DNA of 22,376 nt, taken from Nitrosomonas europaea. GTDB taxonomy: Bacteria; Pseudomonadota; Gammaproteobacteria; Burkholderiales; Nitrosomonadaceae. Made by a program: the position numbers and the translations under genes. The notes below the pieces were generated by a model. That model did not search any database. It was not told where the DNA came from and saw only the letters and a list, made by a program, of their open reading frames with translations. The stretch's first letter is position 1; each line of letters opens with the position of its first letter. Positions 19,893 to 22,376 of this stretch are shown here, one piece after another. The stretch spans positions 1-22,376 of the forward strand of contig NZ_FUWK01000043.1 of assembly GCF_900167395.1 (NCBI RefSeq). The letters are read 5' to 3'.

Positions 19893-20678
19893 TCACTTGC
19901 TGGTCGGGTTGTCAGATTGTTCTTCAGTCATTTTCTGCAGGATCGTCAGAAGCTCGATCGGCAGCGGAAAAACAATCGTGGAGCTTTTCTCACCTGCAAT
20001 TTCGGTGAGTGTTTGCAGATAGCGCAGTTGCAGTGCTTGAGGCTGATTTGCAAGGACTTGTGAGGCTTCGAGTAAATGATGTGATGCCTGTAATTCGCCT
20101 TCCGCATGAATGACTTTGGCACGGCGTTCACGCTCAGCTTCAGCCTGTCTGGCAATTGCCCGTACCATCGTTTCGTTGAGATCGACGTGCTTGAGCTCAA
20201 CATTCGATACCTTGATTCCCCACGCCTCAGTCTGCTCATCCAGAATCAACTGAATATCGGAATTGAGCTTATCCCGGCTGGCCAGCATTTCATCCAGCTC
20301 GTGCTGCCCCAGTACAGAACGCAAGGTCGTTTGTGCCAACTGGCTGGTCGCCATGTTGTAGTCTTCAACCTGGATAATAGCTTTTTGTGGATCAACCACA
20401 CGAAAATACAGCACGGCATTGACCTTGACTGAAACATTATCGCGCGAGATGACATCCTGAGCAGGCACATCCATCACGATAATGCGCAGATCAACTCGCA
20501 CCATGGTTTGAACGGCAGGGATCACAATGACCAGACCTGGCCCTTTGACCCGCCAGAAACGTCCCAGCATAAATACGACACCCCGTTCATATTCTTTCAG
20601 CACCTTGAGTGAACTGGCGAGGAAAAAGATGGAAAAGGTCAGAATAAGCGTAATGACAGATACGGTATCAGTGTACAT
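19893..20678 (-). CDS. SPFH/band-7 (stomatin-like, QmcA/YbbK-type) membrane protein, 261 aa
   Basis: An N-terminal TM helix is followed by the SPFH core ([24 protein letters not shown]) and a coiled-coil AEAERERRA region. I prefer the ATG at 20678 (GGAG 7 nt upstream, 1 nt after the nfeD stop) over the track start at 20696. Confidence 0.9.
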   Translation of the reverse strand: MYTDTVSVITLILTFSIFFLASSLKVLKEYERGVVFMLGRFWRVKGPGLVIVIPAVQTMVRVDLRIIVMDVPAQDVISRDNVSVKVNAVLYFRVVDPQKAIIQVEDYNMATSQLAQTTLRSVLGQHELDEMLASRDKLNSDIQLILDEQTEAWGIKVSNVELKHVDLNETMVRAIARQAEAERERRAKVIHAEGELQASHHLLEASQVLANQPQALQLRYLQTLTEIAGEKSSTIVFPLPIELLTILQKMTEEQSDNPTSK

Positions 20679-20679
20679 A

Positions 20680-21933
20680 TCAATTCTCCGTTGCATTCAT
20701 CGTATGATCGGGTTGGCATGGCTCCACTTCCAGCAGCAGGCCCCGCATAGCTGTAACTTTGATCCGCTGCCCGGGTGACAATGGCGTATTGGTACGGGCA
20801 CGCCATCGTTCCCCATGAACCCGCACCCAACCTTCCTGATCAAAACTTTCCAGTACTTCACCCGTACTATGAACGAGTTCTTCACTACCTGAGACTACCG
20901 GTTTTTTTCTGGATTTGAGCACCATACCGAACACCAGCATGAAAAATCCGGCCGACATCAGCGTAAACGTGGCGATCAACGGGATCGAAATACCGTAATC
21001 AGGCACTTCTGTGTCGATCAGCATGATCGATCCGATGACAAAAGCTGCAATGCCGCCGATACCCAGCGCACCTACACCCGGTAGCAAAGCCTCTGCCAGC
21101 ATAAAGGTAATCCCGAGCAGAATCAGTGCCAGACCGGCATAGTTGATCGGCAAAACCTGAAAGGCAAACAAAGCCAGTAACAGACTGATGGCTCCAACTA
21201 CACCAGCTACAATCGTTCCGGGTGTAGTAAATTCCAGAACCAGACCATAGAAACCAATCAGCATCAGGATGTAGGCAATATTAGGATCGGCGACCACTGC
21301 CAGCAGGCGAGTGCGCCAATCCTGCTCGATGCGCTCCAGTGCCAGAGACCGGGTAGATAATTTGACTTTTTCTCCGGACAAATCGACTGTACGTCCGTCT
21401 ATCCTGGCCAGCAAATCACTCACATCATCTGCCACCAGATCAATGACATTTTTATCGAGTGCTTCGGCAGCTGTCAGACTCACCCCCTCACGCACGGCCT
21501 GCTCTGCCCAATCCGCATTACGTCCGCGCATCTGGGCAAGCCCGCGGATATAAGCGACAGCATCATTGATAACTTTTACTGTCATGGCATCCTGACTGTC
21601 GGATTTATCGGGCTGCTCACCCTTAGGCTGGCTGTCAGGTACTTCCGGCTTTGAGGCCAACGTATTCATCTTTACCGGTGTGGCGGCGCCCAGATTGGTA
21701 GCAGGCGCCATTGCTGCGATATGGCTGGCATACAGAATATAGGTTCCGGCACTGGCAGCACGTGCACCACCAGGCGCAACGAAGCTTACCACTGGTACCG
21801 GAGAAGCGATGATTTCCTGAATGATTTTGCGCATCGATACATCCAGACCACCCGGTGTATCGATCTGAAGAATAATTACTTGCGCTCGCCGTTCGGTTGC
21901 TCTGGACAGCCCGCGCTGAATGTAATCCTGCAT
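20680..21933 (-). CDS. NfeD-family membrane-bound ClpP-class serine protease (long form), apparently 5'-truncated
   Basis: It has a ClpP-like domain (LQIDTPGGL...[12 protein letters not shown]), four to five TM helices and a C-terminal NfeD OB domain ([12 protein letters not shown]). Homology-like sequence continues in frame upstream of the first ATG (..GILFAQSPDTV...[13 protein letters not shown]) to 22071 with no ATG, GTG or TTG. Confidence 0.8.
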   Translation of the reverse strand: MQDYIQRGLSRATERRAQVIILQIDTPGGLDVSMRKIIQEIIASPVPVVSFVAPGGARAASAGTYILYASHIAAMAPATNLGAATPVKMNTLASKPEVPDSQPKGEQPDKSDSQDAMTVKVINDAVAYIRGLAQMRGRNADWAEQAVREGVSLTAAEALDKNVIDLVADDVSDLLARIDGRTVDLSGEKVKLSTRSLALERIEQDWRTRLLAVVADPNIAYILMLIGFYGLVLEFTTPGTIVAGVVGAISLLLALFAFQVLPINYAGLALILLGITFMLAEALLPGVGALGIGGIAAFVIGSIMLIDTEVPDYGISIPLIATFTLMSAGFFMLVFGMVLKSRKKPVVSGSEELVHSTGEVLESFDQEGWVRVHGERWRARTNTPLSPGQRIKVTAMRGLLLEVEPCQPDHTMNATEN

Positions 21934-22036
21934 GGCTGGGCCGATTGCCCCATTGACATCCAGCCAGACAGCAATATTGCCGGTATCACTCTTTGCAGTA
22001 CTGACAGTATCAGGAGATTGTGCGAACAGTATGCCT

Positions 22037-22376
22037 ACCCATAACCTGAGTTCGGGATAAGCCCTTAAGCTTTAGCCAGGCTGTTGACCCTGGTCAGATT
22101 CAAAGTTGGTTTGTTATCGGACAAACAGTAAGCGACGATACCAGCCATTAGGTTAACGATAAAATTGAAGAGAGAGCGGTGTCGGGTATGCTCGATCTGG
22201 CAAAGATTCTTCAATTCATCAAAGACGGTTTCAATCAGGGAACGGCGACGCAGAATGACTTTCTCGAACCTGGTACGAGGCACAGGCCTCATGTTTTTCC
22301 TGAGGGGAGTAATGAGTTGAAGGTTTTGCTGGTCCAGTGCTTCAGTGAGCCACTGGGCGAGGTAGCCTTTGTCGGC
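22037..22376 (-). mobile_element. Partial IS982-family insertion sequence abutting or interrupting the 5' end of nfeD; the inner boundary is approximate
   Basis: The transposase stop is at 22065-22067. The NfeD-like reading frame is recognisable up to about 22035-22044. Placing the IS end at the ACCC at 22037-22040 is a guess from my recollection of IS982-family termini. Confidence 0.5.
22065..22376 (-). CDS. IS982-family DDE transposase, C-terminal part; runs off the right edge
   Basis: The reverse complement from the window end reads ADKGYLAQWLTEALDQQNLQLITPLRKNMRPVPRTRFEKVILRRRSLIETVFDELKNLCQIEHTRHRSLFNFIVNLMAGIVAY... It shows DKGY and the IETV...LK....IEH.RHRS signature that I associate with IS982-family transposases. 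Confidence 0.85.
   Translation of the reverse strand, partial: ADKGYLAQWLTEALDQQNLQLITPLRKNMRPVPRTRFEKVILRRRSLIETVFDELKNLCQIEHTRHRSLFNFIVNLMAGIVAYCLSDNKPTLNLTRVNSLAKA

Overview
This window looks like chromosomal DNA from a Nitrosomonas-type ammonia-oxidising betaproteobacterium. The 117-aa His-rich secreted ORF at 14939-15292 reads, from memory, like SmbP of Nitrosomonas europaea. About 19 kb (3076-21933) is ordinary, tightly packed housekeeping DNA: ABC exporter, ssb, MFS, uvrA, MOFRL glycerate kinase, hemB, engB, coaX, birA, smbP, dapD, dapC, EamA transporter, ahpC, a CNP1-like lipoprotein and an SPFH/NfeD pair. Both window edges are partial IS transposase genes of different families: an IS5-family OrfA type at 1-261 and an IS982-family type at 22065-22376. 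Between the left IS and the ABC gene lies a ~2.7 kb accessory islet that looks AT-richer by eye (not computed). It holds a 35-codon stub of an HsdR-like restriction subunit, an orphan 63-aa ORF, a small secreted Cys-framed tandem-repeat protein, an apparently intact Mrr restriction nuclease, and an AbrB/MazE-type antitoxin plus a Doc toxin with a substituted catalytic-motif residue. I read this as a decayed restriction/defence locus, not a clearly new system. The signals not explained by annotation are: (1) a run of back-to-back hairpins in the engB-hemB spacer ending in a plus-strand intrinsic terminator, antisense to both neighbours, which makes an anti-hemB-like sRNA candidate; (2) the secreted D-x-x-G-N-T repeat peptide; (3) nfeD having lost its start codon and part of its signal peptide next to the right-hand IS. 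I found no CRISPR array, rRNA or tRNA. All calls rest on reading the translations and sequence by eye; no searches were run.
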